NCBI GenBank assembly: GCA_041615815.1
Contig: JBFJCP010000014.1
Coordinates: 42,090 to 106,089 of the forward strand
Source of the DNA: Gemmatimonadales bacterium
Lineage (GTDB): Bacteria > Gemmatimonadota > Gemmatimonadetes > Gemmatimonadales > GWC2-71-9
DNA length: 64,000 nt
Reading direction: 5' to 3'
Numbering within the stretch: position 1 is the first letter of the stretch; every line of letters starts with the position of its first letter. The translations under genes were made by a program, and so were the position numbers. Of this stretch, positions 20,276 through 29,386 are shown piece by piece. The notes under the pieces are model-generated. The model was not told the DNA's origin and ran no database searches. It was given only the letters and a program-made list of their open reading frames with translations.

Positions 20276-21621
20276 GAGCGTTCGCCGTCCGGGATGATAA
20301 AGGGAATCGCGCGTTCCAAGTGCATCCCGCGCGAGGCTTTCAGCAAGAGCAGTTCGTTTCCTCGGAGCCGAGCGGCCAAGGCCTCTCCCAGCGTCTCGGC
20401 GGTCTCGGCCGTCATCAGCCGCTCGCCCAGAACGGGACGATGCCGCTCGAATGCCGGAATGAAGGCTCCGATCGCAGCCACGAGCGCGGGACTCCGGGCC
20501 ATCACGGCGTCCGCCATGCGATCGTGCAGCTCGGGACTGGCCGGGCCCAACTCCAGCATGGACCCGAGCGCCACCACCAACGGCCGGTTTCCCTGCATCG
20601 CCGCTGCCGTATCCAGCGATGCTTCCAGGGACGCTGGGTTGGCGTTGTACGCATCGTACAGCACCACGAGCTCTCCATGGCGGATGACCTCACAGCGCCC
20701 CGGCGGGAGCGTGACCTGTTCCAGCGCCGCCGCCGCTGCCGCGAGATCCACTCCGAGCACCTCCGCCGCGCCAAGGGCAAGCATGGCGTTGTCCACCTGA
20801 TGCGGCCCGAGCACCGGAAGTCTGATCTGGTGACCGCGAAAGGTGAGCACGGCCTTCCCGTCATCGTCGAGCCGCCAAGCATCCGGTCGCACGGTGGCGG
20901 ACCGGTCCACCCCGGCCACGATCACGTGCCCGGCGAGCGTGGTTGCACGCGCCCCCAGTGCAGGTGGCGTGGTGCCCACGATGGCCACCGGCACGCGTTC
21001 GAGCAACGCGGTCTTCTCCTCGAAGGTCGCCTCGAGACTACCAAACCCCTCGAGGTGAGCGGCAGAGACGTTGGTCACGATCGCCATAGTCGGTTCAATG
21101 ATATCCCGGAGCCGAGCCATCTCGCCGGGCACACTAGCGCCCGCTTCGACCACGAGCGTCTCGGTCTCCTCGGGAGCACCAAGAATCGTGAGCGGCACAC
21201 CCACAAGGTTGTTGAGGTTCTCCCATGTGGCGTGCACGACCCATCGGGTCGCGAGGACACGGACGAGCATCTCTTTGGTCGATGTCTTTCCGTTGCTTCC
21301 CGTCACCGCCAGGACGGGGCCATCGAGCTCGCGCCGCCGGGCACGGGCGAGGCGGCCGAGCGCCGCGAGGGTATCCTCGACCTCGAACAGTCGCAGGCCT
21401 TCCACCGGGCGTGTCCCGCGCTGCACCACGGCACCCGTGGCGCCGCCCGTGCGTGCGTCCGCGAGGTAATCGTGCCCGTCGAATCGCGCACCGTGGAGCG
21501 CCACGAAGAGGGCGCCCTCCCCCAGTCTTCTCGTATCCGTGCTGATTTGGGTGAAGTGCTCTCCGCGCAGCGTGTCCGTTTCGAGTGCTCGGCAGACCCA
21601 CTCGCTGGTCCAGCGTCTCAT
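20257..21621 (-). CDS. murF: UDP-MurNAc-tripeptide--D-Ala-D-Ala ligase
   Basis: TGSNGKTSTKE, NNLVGVP, DAYNANP, MLELG and KASRG motifs. Start placed at ATG 21621. Confidence 0.96.
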   Translation of the reverse strand: MRRWTSEWVCRALETDTLRGEHFTQISTDTRRLGEGALFVALHGARFDGHDYLADARTGGATGAVVQRGTRPVEGLRLFEVEDTLAALGRLARARRRELDGPVLAVTGSNGKTSTKEMLVRVLATRWVVHATWENLNNLVGVPLTILGAPEETETLVVEAGASVPGEMARLRDIIEPTMAIVTNVSAAHLEGFGSLEATFEEKTALLERVPVAIVGTTPPALGARATTLAGHVIVAGVDRSATVRPDAWRLDDDGKAVLTFRGHQIRLPVLGPHQVDNAMLALGAAEVLGVDLAAAAAALEQVTLPPGRCEVIRHGELVVLYDAYNANPASLEASLDTAAAMQGNRPLVVALGSMLELGPASPELHDRMADAVMARSPALVAAIGAFIPAFERHRPVLGERLMTAETAETLGEALAARLRGNELLLLKASRGMHLERAIPFIIPDGERSCSTTC

Positions 21622-23084
21622 GCCGGTGCCCTCTGTCCCAAGGCGGTCCGCACGATCTCCCGCTCGTCGAACGGGAGCCGGTCCGTGCCAATCACCTGGT
21701 AGGTCTCGTGGCCCTTCCCTGCCAAGAGCAATGCATCTCCCGACCGTAACATGCTCACCGCCTGCTCGATCGCGGCCCGCCGCTCCGTGATGCGCAGGTG
21801 ACCGCCTTCCCCCATGCCCCGTTCGATGTCGTCGATGATGCGCTCGGGGTCTTCGGTCCGAGGATTGTCGGACGTGACGATGGCAACATCGGCGCCGCGG
21901 GCCGCGATCGTGCCCATGAGCGGCCGCTTGCGCCGATCGCGGTCGCCCCCGGCACCGAAAAGCACGATCAGCCGACCGGCGGTCAGTGGCCGGAGCGCCT
22001 GGATCGCTCGCTCGAGCGCGTCCGGGGTATGGGCGTAGTCGCGCACGACCAGGAAGTCGCCCTTCGCCAATCGCTCCATACGTCCCGGAACCTGCGGCGC
22101 GTTCGCGAGCCGCGCGCCGATCTCTCCGGGGGCGACGTCGAGCGCCCATGCCATTGCCGCCGCTGCCAGGGCGTTGTGGACGTTGAACGCCCCGAGGAGC
22201 GGCAGACGGACGTCCACCGACTCACCGGCGAGATCGAGGGTCAGCCCCGTCCCGCGGTCACCGACCTCGACACCCGACGCCCGCACGTCGCCACCGCGTT
22301 CCCATCCGTAGGAGATGCGGCGCACCCCATGGAGGATGGGCAAGGCCGTCCACGCAGGGTCGTCGGCGTTCACGACCTCCACCCCACCCGCGGTGAGGTA
22401 ACTGGACAGCTTCGCCTTGGCCGCAAAGTACGCTTCCTCGGTCTCGTGGTAGTCCAGATGATCGTGGGTCAGGTTGGTGTAGACGGCGCCCGCGAGGGTG
22501 AGGGTCTCGAGCCGGCGCTGATCCAACGCGTGCGAGGACGCTTCCATGACCACGCCGCGCACTCCGCGCGCGGCGAGCGCGGCAAGGGCACGCTGGAGCT
22601 CGACGGCTCCCGGAGTCGTCAATGACTGGAACTCGGGAAGCAGCGCTCCGGTGCCGTCCACCGCGCCGAGCGTGCCAAGGGAGCCCACACGGCCGTCGCC
22701 GTTCAACAAATGTCTCGTCAAGGCAACGGTGGTGGACTTGCCGTTGGTCCCGGTCACGCCTATGAGCCGGAGCCGTTCCCCCGGCCGCCCGAACCATTCT
22801 CGCGCGGCGATCGCCGCAGCCGCCCGACCGTCCCGCACGACGATTTGCGTCGGCGCTGCGTCCGTCGGCCGCGTGACCAGAGCGGCGGCGGCGCCGCGGC
22901 GGGCCGCGTCGCCGAGAAAGCGATGGCCATCCGTCATCGTCCCTTCGATGGCGCAGAACAGCGATCCGGGCTCGACCTGACGGGAGTCGTCGACCACGCC
23001 CCGAATCTCCGGAACCTGGGACGGGGCATTCACGAGCTGCCCCGCCGCCCGAAGAGCGGCCAGGATATCGGCGGTGGCGGTCAC
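21618..23084 (-). CDS. murE: UDP-MurNAc-dipeptide--meso-DAP ligase
   Basis: TGTNGKST, DHLDYH, DYAHTPD, DNPR (meso-DAP-type) and GKGHE motifs. Start placed at GTG 23084. Confidence 0.96.
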   Translation of the reverse strand: MTATADILAALRAAGQLVNAPSQVPEIRGVVDDSRQVEPGSLFCAIEGTMTDGHRFLGDAARRGAAAALVTRPTDAAPTQIVVRDGRAAAAIAAREWFGRPGERLRLIGVTGTNGKSTTVALTRHLLNGDGRVGSLGTLGAVDGTGALLPEFQSLTTPGAVELQRALAALAARGVRGVVMEASSHALDQRRLETLTLAGAVYTNLTHDHLDYHETEEAYFAAKAKLSSYLTAGGVEVVNADDPAWTALPILHGVRRISYGWERGGDVRASGVEVGDRGTGLTLDLAGESVDVRLPLLGAFNVHNALAAAAMAWALDVAPGEIGARLANAPQVPGRMERLAKGDFLVVRDYAHTPDALERAIQALRPLTAGRLIVLFGAGGDRDRRKRPLMGTIAARGADVAIVTSDNPRTEDPERIIDDIERGMGEGGHLRITERRAAIEQAVSMLRSGDALLLAGKGHETYQVIGTDRLPFDEREIVRTALGQRAPA

Positions 23085-25006
23085 TGGGACGCGGGTCGCT
23101 CGGCCCCGGTCACGGTCACGAGGGCCCCCATGGGCACGGCGGCGCCCGACGCCGGCTGGGTGGCGGCCACGCGGCCCCAACCGGTGAGACGCACCCGGAA
23201 GCCAGCCGCGTGCAGGCGTTCCACGGCCGCCCGCAGCGGAAGCCCCCGGACGTCGGGGACGGTGCGCCTGCCGACGGAATCGGGCTCCAACGGGGCCGGC
23301 CACGGCGTGACGAACGGCGCACTGCCAGCCCCCACGGCCGGCAAGCTGCGTTCGTCGGCCCGCTCGCTCGCCAACCGCTGCACGTCCAGGGCGGGGCTCC
23401 GGGTGGCAAGGACCTGCTCGAGGACCGCACGCGTCACGGGGGCCGCGGTGACACGCGCGTACACGCCGCGGGGGTCATCCAACTTGACCACCATGACCAA
23501 CTGAGGATCGTCGGCAGGGAAGATCGAGGCGAAGGTGGCCGTATAGGAGCCCGGGATGTACCCGTCCGGCCCCGCCCGGCGTGCTGTTCCGGTCTTGCCC
23601 GCCACCTCCGACGAGGTGAGCGCTACCGGATCGCCGGTGCCACCGCGGTACACGACCCCACGCAGCATCTCGCGGAGATGCGCCGCGACTTCGGACGACA
23701 CGACCCGACGCACGGGCTCGGGGACGTGGCGATACACGACCTCGCCATCGGGACGGCGAATCTCCCGTACGAGTGCAGGACGGAGCAAGACGCCCTCGTT
23801 GGCGATGGCGCCGTACGCCTGCGCGAGCTGCAGCGGTGTGACGGCCACTTCGTACCCAATCGCCAAGCTGGCGGCGGTGGTCCCACTCCACTGGTGGGGC
23901 GGACGAAGCAGACCCTTGGATTCGGTCGGGTACTCGATCCCTGTGGGGGTGCCCAGGCCAAAACGACGCAGCATCTCGAACTGCGCGTCCGGGGTGAGTG
24001 ACCTGGTGGCCTTTACGATTCCGATGTTGCTGGACCGCTCCACGACTTGTTGCAGCGTCAACCACCCTTCGGGGTGATCGTCCCTGATGGTGCGTCGGCC
24101 CAGCACGTAGGTGCCTTGCTCCCCGTAAATCGAATCGAACGGCGTGGCGAGACCGTGGTGCAGCAGCGCTGCCGCGGCGAAGATCTTGGCAGTGGATCCG
24201 GGCTCGAACACACTCGAGACGGCCGTGGCGCTCCGCGCCGCAGGACCTGCGGACGCGATGGCCAGGACTTCCCCCGTCCGCGCGTGGAGGAGCACGACGT
24301 CCCCCGCCACTGCATCGAGTCGATCGACCGCATCATCCAGGGCCTGCTGGCAGATGTCCTGCAGATCCGCGTCCAGGGTGAGCACGACATCGTGCCCAGG
24401 AATGGGAAAGGCTCCCAGTCGCGATGGAGACTCGTACTCGACACCAAAGCGATCTCTCAGGCGCACCGCCGTGCCCGGCGTTCCGGTGAGGAGCGAGTCG
24501 AGCGCGGCTTCGATCCCGCTGGCGGGCCGGCCGTGACCGCCGGGTCTTCCCAAGACGGGGCGCGCGAACCCCGGATTGGGGTGGAAGCGAACGAGTTCGC
24601 CGTCCAGGTGGACGCCTCCCATGCGCCGCAGCGGTTGCACCTGGGTGGCCGCATACCGGCCGGGAATGGCGGCCCACCGGCCCCGAAAGCGGCGCTCCAC
24701 ATCGCGCCGCCTCAGTCCCAGCGCCTTGGCCACCGCCGCGATGTCGCGCGCCGGATCTCGCAGTTGGTCACGAGCGAGGCCAACCTGATAGACCTCCTGC
24801 GTGGCAGCGAGGGTCAGTCCATTGCGGTCGAGGAGCGCGCCGCGGGGTGCCGGGAGAGACACGCGCGTCGTGCGTTGCGCATCGGCATTGGCCCGATGTT
24901 CGGGACCCTCCACCAGCTGCACCTGTACCGCGCGGGCCAGGATGAGGATGAGGCCCGCGGCAAACGCGAACTTGACGACATCCAACCGTACGGACGGATT
25001 GGCCAT
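23081..25006 (-). CDS. ftsI: Septal transpeptidase PBP3 with a C-terminal PASTA domain
   Basis: STAK (SxxK), SSN and KTG motifs; VPDVRGL PASTA-like tail. Confidence 0.95.
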   Translation of the reverse strand: MANPSVRLDVVKFAFAAGLILILARAVQVQLVEGPEHRANADAQRTTRVSLPAPRGALLDRNGLTLAATQEVYQVGLARDQLRDPARDIAAVAKALGLRRRDVERRFRGRWAAIPGRYAATQVQPLRRMGGVHLDGELVRFHPNPGFARPVLGRPGGHGRPASGIEAALDSLLTGTPGTAVRLRDRFGVEYESPSRLGAFPIPGHDVVLTLDADLQDICQQALDDAVDRLDAVAGDVVLLHARTGEVLAIASAGPAARSATAVSSVFEPGSTAKIFAAAALLHHGLATPFDSIYGEQGTYVLGRRTIRDDHPEGWLTLQQVVERSSNIGIVKATRSLTPDAQFEMLRRFGLGTPTGIEYPTESKGLLRPPHQWSGTTAASLAIGYEVAVTPLQLAQAYGAIANEGVLLRPALVREIRRPDGEVVYRHVPEPVRRVVSSEVAAHLREMLRGVVYRGGTGDPVALTSSEVAGKTGTARRAGPDGYIPGSYTATFASIFPADDPQLVMVVKLDDPRGVYARVTAAPVTRAVLEQVLATRSPALDVQRLASERADERSLPAVGAGSAPFVTPWPAPLEPDSVGRRTVPDVRGLPLRAAVERLHAAGFRVRLTGWGRVAATQPASGAAVPMGALVTVTGAERPASQ

Positions 25007-25009
25007 GGG

Positions 25010-25297
25010 TCAGGGATCCCCTGCGTCTGGAACGGTAATACGCACCATCTCACTGTCGCGGGGCAAGTGGAGGCCGAGGGATTCGGCTTTGGGCACCAGC
25101 ACGGCCCGGCTTTCGCCGCGGCGAATGCGCTGGAGCAGCTCGGCCCGGCGGGCCTCCAGCGTGGTCCGCTGCTCACGCAGCTCGTTCAATCTCGTGGCCG
25201 TCACGTGGGACGAGGTTTGGCGCGCCACGATCCAGGTCAGGATCCCGAGCGCGAAGAGGAGCCAGAGCAAGACCCAGGATCGCCCTCTAGGGGTCAT
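25010..25297 (-). CDS. ftsL: Cell division protein FtsL-like
   Basis: TM plus coiled coil, KAESLGL; lies between rsmH and ftsI. Confidence 0.8.
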   Translation of the reverse strand: MTPRGRSWVLLWLLFALGILTWIVARQTSSHVTATRLNELREQRTTLEARRAELLQRIRRGESRAVLVPKAESLGLHLPRDSEMVRITVPDAGDP

Positions 25298-26195
25298 GGG
25301 CCACGTGAAAGATGCGCAACTTGGCGCTCCGGGCTCGGCGGTTGGCGGCGATCTCTTCCGGACCGGGGGTCAGCGGTTTCCGCGGGGTGCGATGACCCAG
25401 GGAGCGCCCGCGGCACGTGCACACGGGCTGTTTGGGCGGACAAACGCACTCGCGCTCCCAGTCCTGAAACGCGTGCTTGACGATGCGGTCTTCGCCCGAA
25501 TGGTAGGTAATCACCGCGAGGAGGCCTCCGGGCCCGAGCGCGTCCCGCAAGGCTGGGAGGGCGCGTTCCAGTTCGGCCAGTTCATCGTTCACGGCGATTC
25601 GCACGGCTTGGAACAGTCGTGCGAAGTCGCGGGGGCCGGTGCGGGGTCCGAGGGCGGCGCGGATGGCACCCACGAGATCGTCACTCGTGCGTAAGGGCGC
25701 GCGGGTGCGCCGCGTGGCGATCCGATCTGCCAGGCGGCGGCTGCGCGGCTCGTCCCCGTAGCGGCGGAAGATCGTAGCCAACTCGGCCGGCGGGAGGGAA
25801 TTGAGCAGTTCGGCCGCTGTGGTCCCGGTCCCGGAGAGCCGCATATCCAGCGGAACGCCGGGCCGAAACGAGAAGCCGCGGTCGTCACGATCGAGGTGCA
25901 TGCTGGACACGCCGAGGTCGAGCAGGATCAAGTCCGGCTCGAACCTGGCGATGGCCTGCAGGGTGTCCGGCGCGCCGAACCGCCCCACCCGCCAGAGGAT
26001 GCCATCCTCACCGAGGCGCGCGCGCGCCTCGGCGATGGCGGCGGGATCACGATCGATCGCGAACACGTCTGCGCCCAGTTCGCGGCACCGTGCCGTGTGT
26101 CCGCCAGCACCGGCGGTGCAATCCACGACGCGTGACCGGCCGGCCGCCAGCCGTGCGATCTCGCCGGCGAGGACGGGCATGTGGCCGGCCGTCAC
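25287..26195 (-). CDS. rsmH: 16S rRNA m4C1402 methyltransferase RsmH (MraW)
   Basis: HMPVL, DCTAGAGGH, DLGVSS, FQAVRIAVN, HSGEDRIVK and RARSAKLR motifs. Start placed at GTG 26195; the longer track ORF runs through the tRNA. Confidence 0.96.
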   Translation of the reverse strand: MTAGHMPVLAGEIARLAAGRSRVVDCTAGAGGHTARCRELGADVFAIDRDPAAIAEARARLGEDGILWRVGRFGAPDTLQAIARFEPDLILLDLGVSSMHLDRDDRGFSFRPGVPLDMRLSGTGTTAAELLNSLPPAELATIFRRYGDEPRSRRLADRIATRRTRAPLRTSDDLVGAIRAALGPRTGPRDFARLFQAVRIAVNDELAELERALPALRDALGPGGLLAVITYHSGEDRIVKHAFQDWERECVCPPKQPVCTCRGRSLGHRTPRKPLTPGPEEIAANRRARSAKLRIFHVAHDP

Positions 26196-26271
26196 GGGCC
26201 CGCCCAATGCGGAACGGCCCCGCGTGCGGAGCAGGCGGGGCCGGGATGGGAATACATGTCGGGTTCTCAAG

Positions 26272-26345
26272 CGGGGCTGACGGGACTTGAACCCGCGGCC
26301 TCCGGTGTGACAGACCGGCACTCTAACCAACTGAGCTACAGCCCC
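26272..26345 (-). tRNA. tRNA-Asp (GTC), CCA not encoded
   Basis: GGGGCTGTAGCTCAGTTGGTTAGAGTGCCGGTCTGTCACACCGGAGGCCGCGGGTTCAAGTCCCGTCAGCCCCG folds as a cloverleaf with anticodon GTC. Confidence 0.97.
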
Positions 26346-26383
26346 AAAAAGCACAGCAGCGGAATGTAGGTCCGCTGCTGCGC
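26346..26383 (-). terminator. Intrinsic terminator downstream of the TPR gene
   Basis: GCGCAGCAGCGGA-CCTACAT-TCCGCTGCTGTGC forms a 13-bp stem (one G-U) followed by TTTTT. Confidence 0.75.
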
Positions 26384-26391
26384 CAATTCAA
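26363..26391 (-). promoter_or_regulatory. Sigma70-type promoter for tRNA-Asp and probably the dcw cluster
   Basis: TTGAAT-17 nt-TACATT, ending 17 nt before the tRNA 5' end. Confidence 0.6.
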
Positions 26392-26412
26392 GCCATCCGC
26401 GGTTCGTATCGC

Positions 26413-28164
26413 TCAGCGGCAGAACGCCTGACGGAGCTGAGGAATGCGGGCTTCGAACTGCCGGTATTGTTGTAAGAACTGTTGTGCGGTCGAGGCCGAG
26501 ACGGACGCCCCGATCTCGAGGGCCCGTTTCCCTCGGGACACCATTTGCGCGTCCTGGTTCACCAGCGCACACGACTTCTCTTCGGTCACCCGTCGGTCGA
26601 ACTCGAAGATCTGGAACATGAGCCCGAAGCCGAGGAAGAAGTTGGCCTGCTCGGTGAGCCGGTTCTGCACGTCGTTCTGCAACGCTTTTTCGAGCCAGGC
26701 GATGGCGATGTCCAAATGCATCCGCAACTGCACCATCTTGGTGGTGGGCTGGTAGTACAGCACGGCGGCATTCATGAGAACCGCCGTGTCCCTGCTCATG
26801 CCCGTCACTTCGTCCAGGAACCGGCCGGCCTGCAGGAGCCGCGCGGTGTCCAGCGGTACGACGGTATCGATGGTGAGTCCCTCGATGATGGCTCGGGCGG
26901 CTCCCAGCCTCGTGGCGACGTCGCTCGGGTCGAGCATCAGGATCTGCTCGTACGCACCCACCACCGAGTCGGTCATGCCCGCTTCATTGAATGCGTTGGC
27001 CCGGGCCCGCCACATGGTCACCGATTGGGGGAGCTCCTGGACCGCTTCACCGCTCCATCTCAGCAGCGCGTCGGTGTCATTGATCTGCTGGGACGCACCG
27101 ATCACTTGTAAGTAGAAAATGCTATCGCCCTTGAGGGCGTCATTCAGAGCATACTGCCGACCCAACGCGTCGAGCGCACAGACCCAGAGTTCCCCTTCCA
27201 CACAGGCACGCACTTTGAGGTCGAGGAACTCTCGGTCGTCGGGATTCTCCATGAGCCACTCGTCGAGCAGCGAGCGTGCCCGGGTGTATTCGCCGAGCGT
27301 TATGTATCCCGCGGAGAGGCCCAGCCGCAACTGCCGGTCACCTGGGCGGGCCATGAGCTGATTGGCGAACGCGTCGATGGCCTTCAGGGAGTCCCCTTCG
27401 GCTTGGTACAGCCGACCCAGCCGCTCCCATGCGCGCGTCAGCAGGGAGTCGCCGGTGGCAGCGCGCTGGTACATCGCGATCTGCGAGTCTGCCGGCGCAT
27501 TCGTGGCTTCCATCACCACGGCGGCGCACAGGGAGGCCGACGGGTGGTTGGGAGCGATCCGGAACGCGCGTTCTGCACGATCGCGGGCGCCATTGAAGTC
27601 GCCGCGGTCCCGCCGGTCCGTGCATTCGCGCGCCTGCTCCGCGGCGTCGACCTGGCGATCGAGCGAGTCGACGGTCAACTCGGCAAGTTGCCTGGCACCT
27701 CCCGTGGCCGAGCCGTGGACGCGGATCCAGCCGGACAACCCCGAGCGTCCAATGTCCACCATGCGGAGTTGGATGTGCGGTGCGGAGTCGTTGCGACCGA
27801 AGTCGCCTTCGATGTAGGCATCCGACCGCAGCGCTCGCGCCAACCGTTCCGCATCGGCGGCACCCAGAATCGCATTGGGGGGATAGCCGGATTCGCCCAG
27901 CATCTCCGATACCTGATCCGTGGAGATGATCGTGAGCTTGTTGCGGAACTTGGACTCCATGCGGCGCCGGACCTCGTGCGCGTATTGGACCGCGAGCGCC
28001 GAGTCGGTGGGCACCGCGGGTGACGGGACGAGGAAGAGCACGCGCTCCAGCTGCCGCCGCTGCCCGAATTGGGCCTCGACAGGAGCGGGGACGATGAGCG
28101 TGGCAGCGGTCGCGATTCCTGCTGCGACCATTGCCAGACGAGTGTTGACACGCGTAAACGGCAC
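26413..28164 (-). CDS. Exported tetratricopeptide-repeat protein
   Basis: Signal peptide ending VEA-QF and multiple TPR-like helical repeats. GGAGG SD lies 7 nt before GTG 28164. Confidence 0.8.
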   Translation of the reverse strand: MPFTRVNTRLAMVAAGIATAATLIVPAPVEAQFGQRRQLERVLFLVPSPAVPTDSALAVQYAHEVRRRMESKFRNKLTIISTDQVSEMLGESGYPPNAILGAADAERLARALRSDAYIEGDFGRNDSAPHIQLRMVDIGRSGLSGWIRVHGSATGGARQLAELTVDSLDRQVDAAEQARECTDRRDRGDFNGARDRAERAFRIAPNHPSASLCAAVVMEATNAPADSQIAMYQRAATGDSLLTRAWERLGRLYQAEGDSLKAIDAFANQLMARPGDRQLRLGLSAGYITLGEYTRARSLLDEWLMENPDDREFLDLKVRACVEGELWVCALDALGRQYALNDALKGDSIFYLQVIGASQQINDTDALLRWSGEAVQELPQSVTMWRARANAFNEAGMTDSVVGAYEQILMLDPSDVATRLGAARAIIEGLTIDTVVPLDTARLLQAGRFLDEVTGMSRDTAVLMNAAVLYYQPTTKMVQLRMHLDIAIAWLEKALQNDVQNRLTEQANFFLGFGLMFQIFEFDRRVTEEKSCALVNQDAQMVSRGKRALEIGASVSASTAQQFLQQYRQFEARIPQLRQAFCR

Positions 28165-28221
28165 CACGACGCCTCCGGTTGTTGCTATCGCTCCGGGATC
28201 AGGTTCAATCGCTCCCGACCA

Positions 28222-28296
28222 TGGGCGAAGAGGGATTCGAACCCCCGACTTCCTGCTTGTAAGGCAGGCGCTCTGAACCAACTGAGCTATTCGCCC
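28222..28296 (-). tRNA. tRNA-Val (TAC), CCA not encoded
   Basis: GGGCGAATAGCTCAGTTGGTTCAGAGCGCCTGCCTTACAAGCAGGAAGTCGGGGGTTCGAATCCCTCTTCGCCCA folds as a cloverleaf with anticodon TAC. Confidence 0.97.
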
Positions 28297-28303
28297 GCGC
28301 CCG

Positions 28304-28492
28304 CTACAGCGCGAGGCCGAGCGGGAAGAGCACGCAATACGCGAGCACCAATAAAATTGGTGCGAGCGTGGTCGACCCGCCAGCGAGCAACGCGTACCCA
28401 GCGGCGAGCGAGGCCACTGCACCGCCCAACAATAGCAGGTTGCTGCGCCGCAGGCGCAGCTGAGCGGCGGAATCCGCGCTGTTCCTAGACAT
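28304..28492 (-). CDS. Small two-TM membrane protein (DUF3098-like)
   Basis: SNLLLLGGAVASLAAGYALLAGG..LAPILLVLAYCVLFPLGL; a canonical promoter sits directly upstream. Confidence 0.7.
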   Translation of the reverse strand: MSRNSADSAAQLRLRRSNLLLLGGAVASLAAGYALLAGGSTTLAPILLVLAYCVLFPLGLAL

Positions 28493-28500
28493 AGACACTC

Positions 28501-28529
28501 AGGCTAACCCGAGGTTCCAAGAGCGTCAA
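28501..28529 (-). promoter_or_regulatory. Sigma70-type promoter, probably giving a leaderless or near-leaderless mRNA plus tRNA-Val
   Basis: TTGACG-17 nt-TAGCCT, then 8 nt to ATG 28492 with no SD. Confidence 0.65.
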
Positions 28530-29386
28530 GCAGCGGAATCCGACTCTCCGTCGGGAATGATCCATCCCTCGTCGAGTGCGGCTCGGCGGAGTCGGTTACG
28601 ATCGCGGCGCCACCACCACAGAATGGCGAGGAGCACGCCGACCACAGCCCAAAACGCCGAGAACGTGCTCATCAACAGCACCCATCCGTACCGATGACGC
28701 AGATCACGGCGCCAGCGATCTTCGAATTGTCCCAACGTGAGTTGATAGGTGGTCCGCAGGGCGCGATCGAAGTCGGACTCGCTCTTCAGCGTCGTGATGA
28801 GGGGCTCGAGACCGCGCTCTCCGCCGAGGCGTTCCAGCAACAGCACGGCGGTGGCCGCCAACGCGTAACTGGTTTCCGCACTTGCGGCGGTCTCGCTCCG
28901 GAGCATGCGGTTCAAACCACCGAGCGTCGGCACATCCCCACGGAGCAAGGCCCAATTCACGCGCAAGGCGTCCAGGCGATTCCACTCGTCGGCAGCGCGC
29001 ACGGCATACCCCTCGTCGAACCACCGGGGCACGACTGGGACCGCAGCGTGCAACGCCAGGTGCGCCAACTCGTGGCGGAGAATCTGCCGCGGGTCATCCA
29101 CGAGACGCACGATGACGAGATTGGCATGAGGAACGGCCGCACCGACTCCCCACTCCGGCAAGCGTCCGCGCGTCAGCGAATCGAACCGGCTGGCGTCACG
29201 GACGACAACGACCCGAACCGCTGCGTCAAAGGGGTCGATGATACCGGGCCAGGGGCCCGCCCGATCCGCCAGCTCGGCCAACGCGGCTGCCGCATCTCGG
29301 TCGCCCGGCCAGTAGAGGGCGGTCACCCGGCCCACATGCACCCATGCCGGCTCCTGCACTAGCAGGAGCGTAGTAAGGAATAGCGT
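28526..29386 (-). CDS. Peptidase MA-like (gluzincin) membrane protein
   Basis: LRHELAH (HExxH), PRWFDEGYA and a C-terminal TM. Start uncertain (ACG 29386 or GTG 29359). Confidence 0.8.
   Translation of the reverse strand, partial: TLFLTTLLLVQEPAWVHVGRVTALYWPGDRDAAAALAELADRAGPWPGIIDPFDAAVRVVVVRDASRFDSLTRGRLPEWGVGAAVPHANLVIVRLVDDPRQILRHELAHLALHAAVPVVPRWFDEGYAVRAADEWNRLDALRVNWALLRGDVPTLGGLNRMLRSETAASAETSYALAATAVLLLERLGGERGLEPLITTLKSESDFDRALRTTYQLTLGQFEDRWRRDLRHRYGWVLLMSTFSAFWAVVGVLLAILWWWRRDRNRLRRAALDEGWIIPDGESDSAA

Noticed and set aside
26196..26354. N-terminal extension of RsmH in the ORF track (likewise for the TPR ORF to 28422)
   Set aside because: These extensions run through tRNA genes; the real starts are downstream.
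26272..28296. Possible tRNA-integrated island
   Set aside because: No integrase, no duplicated tRNA 3' end and no obvious compositional shift.
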